Below, one piece after another: positions 1 to 12,857 of a stretch of 64,000 bases of DNA. Origin of the DNA: Ministeria vibrans ATCC 50519. Taxonomy: Eukaryota > Protista > Filasterea. How positions within the stretch are numbered: the first letter of the stretch is position 1; each line of letters starts with the position of its first letter. Made by a program: the position numbers and the translations under genes. A model generated the notes under the pieces. It worked only from the letters and a program-made list of their open reading frames with translations, ran no database searches and had not been told where the DNA came from. The stretch covers positions 1-64,000 of the forward strand of contig CALSCP010002154.1 of the NCBI GenBank assembly GCA_943704425.1, read 5' to 3'.

Positions 1-6
1 GACAGA

Positions 7-60
<54 letters not shown>

Positions 61-315
61 AAGAAAGAGAGAGAGAGAAAGAGAGAGAGAGAAAGAAACA
101 AAGCGAAAGAGAGAGAGGAGAAAGAAACAAAGTGATAGAGAGAGAGACAAAGTGAGTGAGAAAGAGAAAGAAGCAACGTGATAGAGAGAGACAAAGTGAT
201 AGAGAGAGAGAAAGAAACAAAGTGAAACAAAGTGGTTGAGAGAGAGAGAAACAAAGTGATAGAGAGAAAAATAAAGTCGTAGAAAGAGAGAAACAAAGTG
301 ATAGAGAGTCAGACA
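1..315 (+). repeat. (GA)n-embedded AAACAAAGTGATAG minisatellite; dispersed family, mostly intronic
   Basis: The same motif occurs at ~13630, 14010-14110 (reverse), 23330-23480, 25400-25500, 56550-56800 and 60090-60430 (reverse). Confidence 0.85.
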
Positions 316-347
316 AAGGGATTGTAACACAACACACTCAAGGTTTG

Positions 348-1664
348 TTACTTGACGATGCGAGCGAGAAGGCACTTTGATGACTGAGAGGCGACTGCAA
401 TCAACGACAGTGATGGAATCCACTCGAGAAGGGCAAGGCGATCCATGGGCGCAGCAAAGATGCGCAAGTGTGGAGGAATGGCCGGCCGGAGTGCTACGAG
501 CGGCTCAAGCGACGGCACTGCAAGGACGTAGACACTCTCGCGTGTGCACATCACAAGAGAGTATTCGTCGACGTCAACCCTGTCGTCATTGTCATTGCTG
601 TCGTTGTCATCTTCCGCTTCCACTGCGTGTGCCTCGATTTCTTCAATGTGCCACTGATCAAAGCGCTCGTAGAAGCGTTCGTCGTCCTCGTTGAGAGGCG
701 CGGCACGGCGACGCCGCCCTTCTCGACGTTCCTCTCGTGGATCATTCGCATAGTACAAAAGAGCGCGCTGCCGTAGATGCAGTCGTGCTTTGTTTTGAGC
801 GACCGGATCGGCCGCGTCCACTCGCATAAGGTCTTTGTCACGGACAAATCGCAGCGCCCAGCACCACTCGAGGTGCAATACAAGCGCCTGAGCCACGCAC
901 TCATTTCGAGCAGTGTCCCACAATCGTATGGACGAGTCGATGCTGCACGAGGCAATGTAGCGACCGTCCGGCGAGCAGTCAACGGCCGGGATGTTGTGTT
1001 CGTGGCCTTCAAGATGCATTGCACGAACCTACAAAGTTGTTCAGTTGCTTTGCACAACTGCAACACACACACACACACACACATACACATAATAATAATA
1101 ATATAATAGCCAATAATCACAACTACAATCGGCTAGCTGTACCCTTTCTTCCAAGGCGAAGCGAGTGACGAGAAACGAGTTTGCCGAGACGACAAGTTCG
1201 CGTTCGGCCCAGATGGCCAGACCCCACGTCGACGTGTGGTCGTTGCTGAAGGAGCGCCAGGGACGCGCGTCGTCGCTGGCCTTCAGATCGACGGCACGGT
1301 ACACATAGACCATGCCATCGTCGCAGGCAAGAAGGACAGCGGAGGAGTTCGCTAAGACTCCGCTTCGGATATTGTTGACAAGCTGAATATACGTTTGCAA
1401 AGTTTAGCGGATCTCTTTCTTCTCATCCATCTGACTTACTCCAACGTGCGGCAATCGAACTCGATGCAAACACTGCTTGCAGAATCCCGACGAGGAGAAG
1501 CTGAAGACACCCAGGTGAGTGCTGGTGGCAACAACAACAATCGACTCGATCGCAGTCATCACAGACATTTTCCAACGAGCAAAGACCTGCTCCTCTTCGT
1601 TGTCGCCGTCACCCCAATCAAGGGATTCTATACATGACTCGGACACCGTCAAGTGGCCGTACAT
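348..1664 (-). CDS. CRT10-like WD40-repeat protein, multi-exon; probably continues past the left edge of the window
   Basis: Spliced reading gives LVNNIRSG...VLLACDDGMVYVY, STWGLAIW..LVVSAN, LEGHEHNIPAVDCSPDGRYIASCSIDSSIRLWD and MDRLALLEWIPSLSLIAVASQ, matching recalled CRT10-family motifs. A GT donor near 350 leads into a (GA)n intron. Confidence 0.7.
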
Positions 1665-1894
1665 GATAAATTTTATGCTAAGATTATTTTAAAAGTTAAA
1701 AAAATAAAACCGAACGTCCGAATTCCGATTATCAAAAATTTACCCATTCTCTTCACGACTTTTTGTTTGTATCCCCTGGTCAAAGCTTAAGACCGAGTAG
1801 TATTTCTCTCTGTCTCTTGTTTCTTTCTGGGGGTTTCATCTTTGGCGTCGAAAGTTATTTGGAACTGCAACTTCACTGCAACACTCGCGGCGTC

Positions 1895-4800
1895 ATGACG
1901 AGGGTTCTTGTCGTCCTTGCCGCATTGCTACTCTGTGTGGCTGCCGATCAAGGTACGTATGGTCCTTTAGACGACGTAGAAGCGCAAGTGCGAGACCCCT
2001 AGCGGGAGTGTGGCCGAAAGAAGACCGAAATTCCAGGCGACATTCCGACAGAAATATTATTCATCTCGCCGCGTGCTTCGTTGGCGCGTGCCGTAGTCAT
2101 TGCGTGCTTTTCTACCTCATAAGAACAAGCCCCGCGTCCCACAGAAGCACAATCCTCATCTTTCCGTCGCGTACCAGATCCATTTTATATTATTCTGAGT
2201 TTTGATGTTGATTGCCAGCTCACACTCACGCTCTTCTCTCCTGCCCTCCTTGTCCAGGCGCGTCCCAAACACGACCCTTACCCGCATCCGTCTTTGAGAC
2301 TGCTCGCATTGCACTTCATGAACCGGAAGCGACTCGGAGACGCGATGAGGGAGTCAGCCACCAACTCAGCCTCACTGCTTTTGGAACGTACTAACTAAAA
2401 ACATTATAATAATAATTATGACTGTCGTATTATTATCAATGTTATTTTTATTAATCTTCCGCCTCACGCTCACGCCGTTTATGTGGTGTACATTGATCTT
2501 GCACTTTAGGCAAATAAACGTTGACTTTGTGCCCAACACCGACAGTTGGGAAGGGCAGGTCAAGGTTGCGGTCAGTGGCGGGGTTCCCAAATTTCTCGAT
2601 ATCTCAAGATATTTTAGAGGAACCAATCCAAGTAAAAGATTGTTTTTATATTGGAATTTTTTGATTATTTTTTTTTTCTTTTGCAGACATGCCATCACAT
2701 GGTGTGATTGACCCCGATACGGGAGTATTCGATGGTATCATTCACGACCTCGCTCACAACGAGGCGTACTACGTCGAGCCAATGTCACGCTACCATAACA
2801 TGGGCTCGGCCGTGCCCGCCGAGCACAACACCGTGGTTTTTCGCGCTTCTGACCTCGATCCTATTGACACAGCTCTTGAGTATGGCGCCGCTAACCCCCC
2901 GCAGCTTAATATTCCCACGGTACGGTCGGCGAGTCTGAAGTATGCTTCCTCATTAAATTTGTGTAGGCTGTGCTCACGGCAGCGCTCGAGGGTCAAAGAC
3001 ACCACACGCATACTTCACGCCGTTCATTGTCGCGCTCTCGTCGTGCGTTTCCCACTGACAAGTCGTGTTCTATTCTTCTTGTGGCCGACCACACCTTCAT
3101 TGCCGAGATTGGATCTAACCAGCTCGCCATCGACGAGATGGTCTTCCTTCTCAACGAGGTGGACGGCATCTACCGCACCACCGACTTCAACGGCATCACC
3201 GGAGTAGGCTTTCGACTCGCTGGCACGATTGAGCTCTGGCCCGATTCCAATCATCCTCACTACCCGTGGCCCACACCCGCGCCGGGCACGTCGAATAGCG
3301 TACGGGCTAAGCAAAAAAATAAAATTAATACTATCTTAATTACTGGTCCTCAGGTTCTTGACGAGTTCTCCCGGCACGGCTACGAAGACCGCATCAACGA
3401 CTACGACAATTTTTGCGTTGCCCACGCCTTTGTCCACCGTAATTTGCCTGGGAATACGGTCGGCCTCGCCTGGGTTGGCTCTCCCGCCTTCCTCCTCGGT
3501 GGCATCTGTGCCTTTTCCGTGAATTCCTTTTTTGAACAGAATGTCAACACAGGGTTCAGCGTAAGCCAGCGATGTTATTATAAGAGTATATTCTAAGTAT
3601 TAATCCTTGGGGTGAACCCACACTTATTGTAGAGTATGAACAGCAATGGAAACACCCTTTCACGCGCAAGCCTTACTGGAATTATGGCTCACGAGGTATC
3701 AACAAACGAGCACAAAATAATTAAGAGCAACAAAAATTGATAGAAGATGATTGTGAATGCCTTTTCATTTGTTTCAACAACAAAAACCAACACTAAAATA
3801 TTATGATAATAATAATAATTATTAATAAAAATAATAATAATAATAATTATTATTATTATTATATTTTGTTTATATTAATTTTTCTCTTCTTATTCTTTTT
3901 ATCTATAGATTGGTCACAATTTCGGTGCACAACACGATGAGACCTTTTCGTCCAATTCGACTTGTAACCCGGCTGTAGATGGCACGTTTATCATGGCCAG
4001 TTCGTTGCAGACGGGCAATGCAAACAATGTTCTGTTTTCGCCTTGCTCGCGCACCTCAATGCGTGCCAATCTCGATCATAAGGGCACCAACTTGCCTGCG
4101 TGCTTCACAACGGATCCACTTGCCGACGTGTGCACGTCGAGTCCTTGCAACAACGGCGGCACGTGCACAGCGGGACTTCTGTCCTTCTCGTGCGCCTGTC
4201 TTCCCGGCTTTACCGGTCCCACATGTGATACGGACGAGTGTATGTCGAACCCCTGTCAGAATGGCGGTACCTGCTACGAGGGAACAGCTTCGTACTTTTG
4301 TGGCTGCGCCTCGGGGTTTACTGGCACATCTTGCAGCGAGGTTGATGATTGCGCGTCAAACCCGTGCGCCAATGGCGGAACCTGCAACGACGGTGCGAGT
4401 TCGTACACCTGTACCTGTGCAAGCGGATTTAGCGGCACAAACTGTCTCAGTGCCGACGACGATTGCCTCTCTAACCCGTGTGCCAACGGGGGTACCTGCA
4501 ACGATGGTGCAGGTTTGTACACTTGTACCTGTGCAAGCGGGTTTACCGGCACTGCCTGTGGAGAGGCCAACGAGTGCGCCTCAAGTCCGTGCGTCAACGG
4601 CGGCATTTGTGCAGATGGTTCATCTTCATTCTCCTGTGATTGTACTGGCACTGGATTCAGTGGGACACAGTGTCAAACGGACATCGACGAGTGCGCGTCG
4701 AATCCATGCCAGAACGGTGGTGTGTGTACCAACGGCGCGAACGAGTTCACGTGCAACTGCGCGGNNNNNNNGGATTCAGTGGGACACAGTGTCAAACGGA

Positions 4801-7800
4801 CATCGACGAGTGCGCGTCGAATCCATGCCAGAACGGTGGTGTGTGTACCAACGGCGCGAACGAGTTCACGTGCAACTGCGCGGGCACTGGATTCAGTGGG
4901 ACACAGTGTCAAACGGACATCGACGAGTGTGCGTCGAATCCGTGCCAGAACGGCGGCACGTGTGGTGACGGCGTCAATGGTTACACCTGCACCTGTGCTG
5001 CTGGTTTCTTTGGCGATGAATGCCAGGCTGACGTGAACGAGTGTGCATCGAGCCCATGTGCAAACGGCGGTGTGTGCTCGGATACAGTGGGCGGTTACTC
5101 GTGCAACTGCGCGGGCACTGGATTCAGTGGGACACAGTGTCAAACGGACATCGACGAGTGCGCGTCGAATCCATGCCAGAACGGTGGTGTGTGTACCAAC
5201 GGCGCGAACGAGTTCACGTGCAACTGCGCGGGCACTGGATTCAGTGGGACACAGTGTCAAACGGACATCGACGAGTGCGCGTCGAACCCATGCCAGAACG
5301 GTGGTGCGTGTACCAACGGAGCAAACTTTTATTCGTGCGCCTGCACCGGTACTGGTTTTACCGACGACACCTGTTCCACGAACATTGATGAGTGCGCTTC
5401 TAGCCCGTGTGCTAATGGAGGCACTTGTTTTGATGGCGTTTCGTCATTCTCGTGTGTGTGCCCAGCTGGCCTCCTGGGTGATGCATGTCAGATCAATCCC
5501 GACGACTGTGCCAGCAACCCTTGTCTGAACTTGGCAACGTGCATTGATGGTTTTTCTTCCTACACCTGCATGTGTCCTCTCGGCTTGACCGGCGTCACGT
5601 GTGCTGACGATGTTGTTGAATGTGTGTCAGACCCTTGTACAAATGGCGCCACCTGCAATGAGGGCGTGAACAGTTTTGCATGTTCCTGCGCATCGGGCTT
5701 CACGGGCGTATTCTGCTCTGGAAACATTGACGAATGTGCTTCTTCACCCTGCCGCAATGGCGCCACCTGTATCGATGAAATTGCCAGTGTGACATGCACC
5801 TGCCCACCAGGCTTTGAAGGGGATCTCTGCGAAACCGACATCAACGAGTGTGCCACGATACCCTGCGAGAACGGTGGCACTTGCGATGATGCTGTCAATG
5901 ATTTTTCGTGCACATGCCGCGTTGGATTCAGCGGAAACACATGCGAGAACAACATTGACGAGTGTTCCTCGACGCCGTGTCTCAATGGCGGCACCTGTCA
6001 GGACGGCATAAATTCTTTTTCGTGTCAGTGCTCTCTTGGCTTTTCGGGATCCACATGTGCCACCAACAACGACGAGTGCGAACAGAGTCCTTGCTCGAAT
6101 GGTGCAACGTGTGTTGACGGTGTAAACTCGTTTGTGTGTGACTGCGCTCCAGGATTTATGGGAACGTTGTGCGACCAGGACGTGCTCGAGTGTGCCTCAG
6201 CACCCTGCTCCAATGGCGGCACCTGCACCGAGCAGCTCAACGGATACGCGTGCAACTGTATTATGGGGTTCGCGGGAGCACAGTGTGAAACCAACATTGA
6301 TGATTGCGCTGAAGCGGCCGGCTGTCTCAACGGCGGTACCTGTCTTGACGGCGTCACGTCGTTTGCTTGCGCCTGTGTTCTTGGCTACACCGGTACCACT
6401 TGCGAGGAAGACATCAACGAGTGTGTTTCTGCGCCGTGTGTAAACGGGGGAACATGCACCAATGGCGATGTAGGTTTCTTCAGCTGCGAATGTCCTTCCG
6501 GATTTGAGGGTGTCACCTGCAACCGTGACGTGAGCGAGTGCGACTCCGCTCCATGCCTCAATCAAGGCGTTTGCATCGAGGGAGTCAACTCGTACCTGTG
6601 CACCTGTCAGGCTGGATTTACTGGGGTGGAGTGCGGCGAGAACATTGACGAGTGTGAGCCGATGACGTGCCTCAACGGTGCGACTTGCCACGATGGTGTC
6701 GACAGCGTCTTCTGTGAATGTCCCGCAGGCTTTACTGGCACCACTTGTGGCCAGGACATTGACGAGTGCGCCTCGTCTCCGTGCGAAAACAGTGGCGTGT
6801 GTACAAATATTGTGGGCGCCTTCAACTGTGCGTGCACCGCCATGTTTAGCGGGCCGCAATGCGATGTGGACGTCGACGAGTGTTTGACAGCTCCCTGCGA
6901 AAATGGCGCTACTTGCATCAACTCCTTTGGCGGTTTCTCTTGTGCGTGCGCTCCGGGCTACACAGGAACTTTGTGCTCCCAGGAAATCAACGAGTGTGCC
7001 TCGTCTCCGTGTCAGAACCAAGGCACGTGTATCGACAACGTTGCTTCGTACACGTGTGTGTGCACCAACGACTTTGAAGGCACGCACTGCGAGAGTCTTA
7101 TTATACGCTATTGTGTCTCGTCACCGTGTGCACTTGGCGCCACTTGCAACGAACTCGCCAACGGCTTTTCGTGCACTTGTGCCGCAGGCTTTACCAGTGC
7201 CTTTTGCAACGCGGACATTGACGAGTGCGCAGCATCGACCGTGTGTGCCAACGGCGGCAACTGTAGCAATACTTTTGGTAGCTACTTTTGCCACTGTCCG
7301 GAGGGATTTACGAGCGTCGACTGCAGTGAGAACATCGACGATTGCACTGTGAGAGCCGGCCAGTGTCAAAATGGTGGGACGTGCGTCGACGGAATTGCTT
7401 CCGTTGTGTGTCTGTGCATTTCGGGGTTCACCGGGACCGACTGCCAGCAAGAGATAGATGAGTGTGCCTCTTCACCGTGCGCCAACGGTGGCGTGTGCAC
7501 AGATCGTTTTAATGGGTTCACCTGTGAGTGCACTGCAGGATTCACAGGCGCCACTTGTGTCGGCGATGTGGACGAGTGCGCTTCGACACCCTGCGCCAAT
7601 GGTGGCACTTGCGCCAACCAGCTGAACAGATTTGTCTGCACATGTGCTCCGGGATTCTTTGGACCCCGTTGTCTTGGAAATGTCAACGAATGTGGCTCGT
7701 CTCCGTGCGCCAATGGTGGCACATGTAGCGACGGCGACTTTGTATTTGTGTGCGACTGTGCGCATGGCTACACCGGAGTTCAGTGTGAGATAAACATTGA

Positions 7801-10800
7801 CGAGTGTGCCTCGTCGCCCTGCAGAGATTTTGCGCAATGTATCGATGGCATCAACCGCTTTCTGTGCAACTGTCCAGCCGATCGCACCGGTTTCACCTGC
7901 GACACGGCCTTTCTCGAGATCTCTTTCGAGAACCAGGGTGGCACCGTTGCGATTGGAGACGTATCACTCACCTTTGCACCGGGCAGTCTGCCCGTAGGCA
8001 CCGTGGTGACCGTAACTGTATACATTCAGCTAGTTGTGGCACCCGACGGAGGCACGATTGAAAGCTTGCAATACCTCGTGCAATTCTTGGCAGGTAGTGG
8101 CGTAGGTCGTCGTGACGCGGGATTGCCACTTCCATTCAAGGTACATTATATGCTTCCAGGTGATGCAACGCAATCACGGCTGTATGGCGTCTTTGATATC
8201 GATCTGGGAGTGTGGGTGCCACTTGAAGAGCTTGCTTCGTGCCCTGCCGGCTTCGTGTGTGGTCTCTCGGATCAGCCTTTGGTCGTCCTGGCCGTAATCA
8301 GCTTTGAAGAGTGCCACTCGTCGCCCTGTGCTAACGGCGGTACCTGCACCTCCGCTGGACACGTGTTTACGTGTGCATGTTCGCCTTTGTTTGCAGGCGA
8401 GGTGTGCACTATCGAGCTATCGCCGTGTGCGTCCAATCCATGCGGTCAGGGTTCGGGTGTGGCCGGGTGCCAGAGTTCACCCTCAGGTGACGCATACACA
8501 TGTGTGTGCCACGCTGGCTACACGGGCGCCACTTGCGACCAGTTTTCCGGTGGCTGCGTCAGCTCGCCCTGTCAGCTGGGCGCTGTGTGTCGTCTGATTG
8601 CACCCGATGCCCAAGAGTTTGTGTGCGATTGCCCGCCTGGCGTGACGGGCAGCATGTGTGAGACTGACGTTGACGACTGCTTTGTAAAGCGGTGTCGCAA
8701 CTTTGGCACGTGTGTCGACGAGACGAATGGTTTCCACTGTCTTTGCCTTGAGGGACTCACAGGTGAATTGTGCGACGCGGAGATTGACGAGTGTGCCTCG
8801 TCGCCGTGTCAGCACGGAGGTGTGTGTCACGACGAGTTCCGCGGCTACTCGTGCGATTGCAGCTACACCGGCTACTATGGCGAGCAGTGCGAGCGACTCA
8901 TAGACGAGTGTGCGTCGTACCCGTGCCGCAACGGTGCGAGTTGTATAGACCACGTCACGCATTTTAGCTGCCACTGTGCCGCCGGATTTTACGGCTATCT
9001 GTGCGAGGTGAATAACAACGAGTGTGGCTCATCGCCTTGCCGTAACGGCGCAACGTGCTACGACGATACCAATGGCTTCACGTGTTTCTGTGTGCCGGGC
9101 TTTACAGGCGCCAAGTGCGAAACGGACGTGGACGAGTGCGCTTCGAGCCCGTGTTACAATGAGGGCCAGTGCCACAATGGACACTATCCTAATACATTCG
9201 ACTGTACCTGTCCGTATGGCACTGCAGGCCTGCTGTGCGAGGTGAACTTCAACGATTGCCAGTCATCGCCTTGTCTTCATGGCACGTGTGTCGATGGCAT
9301 TGCGTCGTTTGTGTGCGCGTGTGAGCTAGGGTACGAGGGCCCGTTGTGCGAGGTGAACACCCTCGAGTGCCAGTCAAACCCCTGTGCAAATGATGGCATG
9401 TGCATTGACCTTGTCGCAGACTATGTGTGTTCGTGCGCCGCGGGCTTTACCGGTCGTGTGTGTGACATCGACATTGACGAGTGCTTATCGCATCCGTGCC
9501 ACAATGGCGGCTCGTGCCACGACGGTGTAAATTCGTACGGGTGTGCATGCCTGCCTGGCTTTGAGGGAGCACGCTGTGCGGACAACCGCAACGAGTGCGC
9601 TTCGAACCCCTGTTTGCATGGAGCAACGTGTCGCGACCACGTGAATGGCTATACTTGCTCGTGTGCAACCGGATTTGCGGGCAGTCGCTGTGAGGTGAAC
9701 CGCGACGAGTGTGCATCCAGTCCATGCGCTGGTGACTCGACTTGCGAGGACCGCCTCAACAGCTATGTGTGCCATTGTCCCGTGGGGTTTGCCGGCGCCC
9801 ACTGTCAAGTGGACATTAACGAGTGTGCATCGCGCCCCTGTCTCAACCAAGGTGCTTGTGTTGACGTCCAGGGCGGCTACCATTGTGTGTGTCGACCCGG
9901 CACGACGGGCCGTCAATGCGAAACGCGGCTTAACGAATGCGCCTCGAGTCCGTGCCAGTATGGTGGCGAGTGTTTCGATAGAGCGGACAAGTTTGAGTGT
10001 GTGTGTATGCCTGGCTATACGGGAGAACTCTGCGAGGTGGACGTTGACGAGTGTGCTTCGTCGCCGTGTGCGAATGGCGAGTGTGCCGATCTAGTTGATG
10101 GATTTAGGTGCACGTGCGAGCCGGGGTGGATCGGATCGTTGTGCAGCAGCGAAACGGACAAGTGTGCGTCATCACCGTGTGCTGCAGGGCAAGGCACTTG
10201 TGACAATGTTGCTGGTGGGTTTGTGTGCGTGTGCAATGCGGGCTGGACAGGGGCGCGTTGCGACTACGATGTTGACGAGTGCAAATGGTACCCGTGCCAC
10301 AACGGTGGCACCTGTACCAACTTGGTCAATGACTTCTCGTGTGTTTGCCCGCCCGCGTGGACTGGTAAGACGTGTTCCGACGACGTCGACGAATGTGCGG
10401 GGGCTGCATGCAAGAATGGTGCGACATGTGTTGACCTGGCTGCGTCCTCGGGTGGCGGCTACTTTTGTACGTGTGCGCTGGGATACGCCGGTGGTCTATG
10501 CCAACACAATGTGAACGAATGCGAGTCTAGTCCGTGCGAGCACGGTGTGTGCGTTGACCACACCGGCGGCTACGAATGCGTCTGCGAGGCAGGCTACCTG
10601 GGTGTACGTTGTGAAGTGGAGGCGAACGAGTGCGCCTCTCAGCCGTGTCTGCATGGTGGTGTGTGCATTGATCTCGTGAACAAGTTTGCGTGCAGCTGTG
10701 CCTTTGGCTATGCGGGCTCCGTGTGCGAGACTAATGTGAATGAGTGTTTGTCGTCGCCGTGCGGCGCCCATGGCGACTGCTACGATGGCGTTGGCTCGTT

Positions 10801-12706
10801 TGTCTGTGATTGTGCTGCAGGTTTTACCGGTCGCCAGTGCGACGTGAACGTCGACGAATGCTCATCGCAGCCGTGCATTTATGGCAATTGCCTGGATGGT
10901 GTGAACACATTCACGTGTGCGTGTCAACCGGGATTTACGGGGGTGCTGTGTCATACGGACATTAATGAGTGCGCGGAAGGTTCCTGTGGCGCCAATGCGC
11001 TGTGCATTGACCTGGTCAATGGATTTTTGTGTGCCTGTTACCACGGCTACACGGGCACTTTGTGTCAGTTTGAGGTCGACGAGTGTGCGTCGCAACCGTG
11101 CCAGAATGGCGGTACATGCCGCGATTCCACTGGTGGCTTCACCTGCGACTGTGTCCAGGGTTTTGCAGATCCACATTGCAGTGTGAACATCGACGAGTGT
11201 GTGTCGCATCCGTGCAAACATGGCGGCACTTGCGTGGACCATGTGGATGGATTCACATGTAAATGCACGCCGGGGCACACTGGATCAACGTGTACCGTAG
11301 ACATTGACGAGTGTGCCTCGTCCCCCTGTGCGGGGCACGCCACGTGTGTTAACCTGCTGGGCACGTTTCATTGCATTTGTCCCGCCCACTATTACGGCAC
11401 AACCTGCCATGCGCCTGTTGACTACTGTTCGTCGTTGCCTTGTCACGCGGCGGGCACCGCTGGCTGTGACAGCACCATGGCGGGCTTTGTGTGTCGCTGC
11501 CGTGCAGGCTGGACTGGCACACTGTGTTCTTTGGACATTGACGAGTGTGCGACGACACCGTGCGCACATGGCGGCACGTGTATGAACATGGTTGGAGGAT
11601 TTCTGTGCGGCTGTGTACTTGGCTACGAAGGACCGACGTGTGGCACGAACACGGACGATTGTCTGACGTCGTACTGCAAACATGGCGGCACCTGCGTGGA
11701 TGGTTTCAATGCGTATGCCTGCCTGTGTCCCGCCGATTACACCGGTCCCGACTGCTCGGAGCCTGTTGACTCGTGTGTCTCGGCGCCTTGCGTCTTTGGC
11801 GTGTGTGTGGACGGTGAACATTCGTTTGCGTGTCTTTGTGCGCCCGGTTTTACCGGAACGCTGTGCACCGACGACATCAACGAATGCGCGTCGTACCCGT
11901 GCGAACACGGCGGAGTCTGTGCCAATCTAGTCAATGGGTTTGCGTGCACGTGTGCACCGGGCTTCTCTGGCACTCGATGCGAAGAGAATCTCGACGAGTG
12001 TGCACCGATGCCATGCGACCATGGAGCGACCTGTGTGGACGGCATTGACAGTGTGACGTGCCATTGTGCGACCGGCTATGCGGGTGTGCGCTGCGAACAT
12101 AATGTGAACGAGTGTGCATCGGCACCGTGTGCCTATGGCGCCACGTGTGTCGACGGTGTGTCCTCGTACGTATGCCAGTGCCTCACTGGCTTTACCGGGC
12201 CTCACTGTCATCAACATGTGTACGCGGGTACGCAGACAAACACAGGCCAAGCAAGTGTGGGAGCGTCGTCGGCGCTCATTGCGGGCATTGTTGTCGCCGT
12301 TCTGGTGGTACTTGCCGTAGTGGTCTTGGTGTTTGTCGTACAGCGTAAACATCGACAGCACAAGATCGTGCCGGAGCAGACATTGACGTCGTCGTCGTTT
12401 GCACGAAGTTCCTTCACAAGCGACGCATACGCAAGCGACGTCAACGCAGCGTGGCTCGCCACGGGTGTGTCGCGTGGACTGCGCGAGTCGGACGACTCAG
12501 TTGACTTTACGAGCCAGGAAGACCTGTCGCCCACCTCGTCGGTGTTGGGCCACTGGAGCCGCACGAGTATGGATACCGCAAACAGTGGCGTGGACAGACG
12601 ACGCTCGTCGGCAGCATCGACGCTCTCAGGCGAAGTGCGGCAGGAGGCGAGTCTGCCGGGCGCGGTTGGGGCACGCTGGGAGTATGACGACGAGAGTACT
12701 CTTTGA
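1895..12706 (+). CDS. ADAM10/17-like metalloprotease fused to ~67 EGF repeats, a central ZU5-like domain, a TM helix and a Ser-rich tail (~3,300 aa). About 8 exons; last exon 3909-12706.
   Basis: Signal peptide MTRVLVVLAALLLCVAA. Prodomain GVFDGII..YYVEPMSRY..HNTVVFRASDL. Furin-type RSRR/AF. CSILLVADHTF, GLAWVGSP..GGIC. Zinc motif AHE|IGHNFGAQHD across intron 3696-3908, Met-turn GTFIMAS. Ca-binding EGF repeats DIDECASxPCxNGGxC. TM ALIAGIVVAVLVVLAVVVLVFVV followed by QRKHR. The apparent frameshift coincides with the 7-N gap at 4765-4771. Confidence 0.88.
4640..5320 (+). repeat. Near-identical 117-bp (39-aa) EGF-coding tandem repeat, several copies, with an assembly gap inside
   Basis: The unit ggcactggattcagtgggacacagtgtcaaacggacatcgacgagtgcgcgtcgaatccatgccagaacggtggt... 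recurs at about 4648, 4772, 4883, 5114 and 5231. Confidence 0.9.
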
Positions 12707-12857
12707 GCGAGCGAGAGAGATCGAGAGGGAGAAAAAGGTGATGCGAGAGGTCGAGTGACGTAATAGTATTGAATACGTGTGTTATAAGCAAAAGACATAT
12801 TTTCTTTTTTGGAGATAGATCACAAAGGTAGATAAAGGAAAGAGAAAAAGGGAGGGC

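Noticed and set aside
4765-4771. Frameshift between ORFs 3993-5036 and 4640-12706 (programmed frameshift or pseudogene?)
   Set aside because: It coincides with a 7-N gap where the repeat unit predicts 5 nt (gcact), which restores the frame.
4100-12706. Calling the EGF protein Notch, Delta/Jagged, Crumbs or fibrillin
   Set aside because: No LNR/NOD/ankyrin, DSL, laminin-G or TB domains are visible, and the N-terminus is a metalloprotease.
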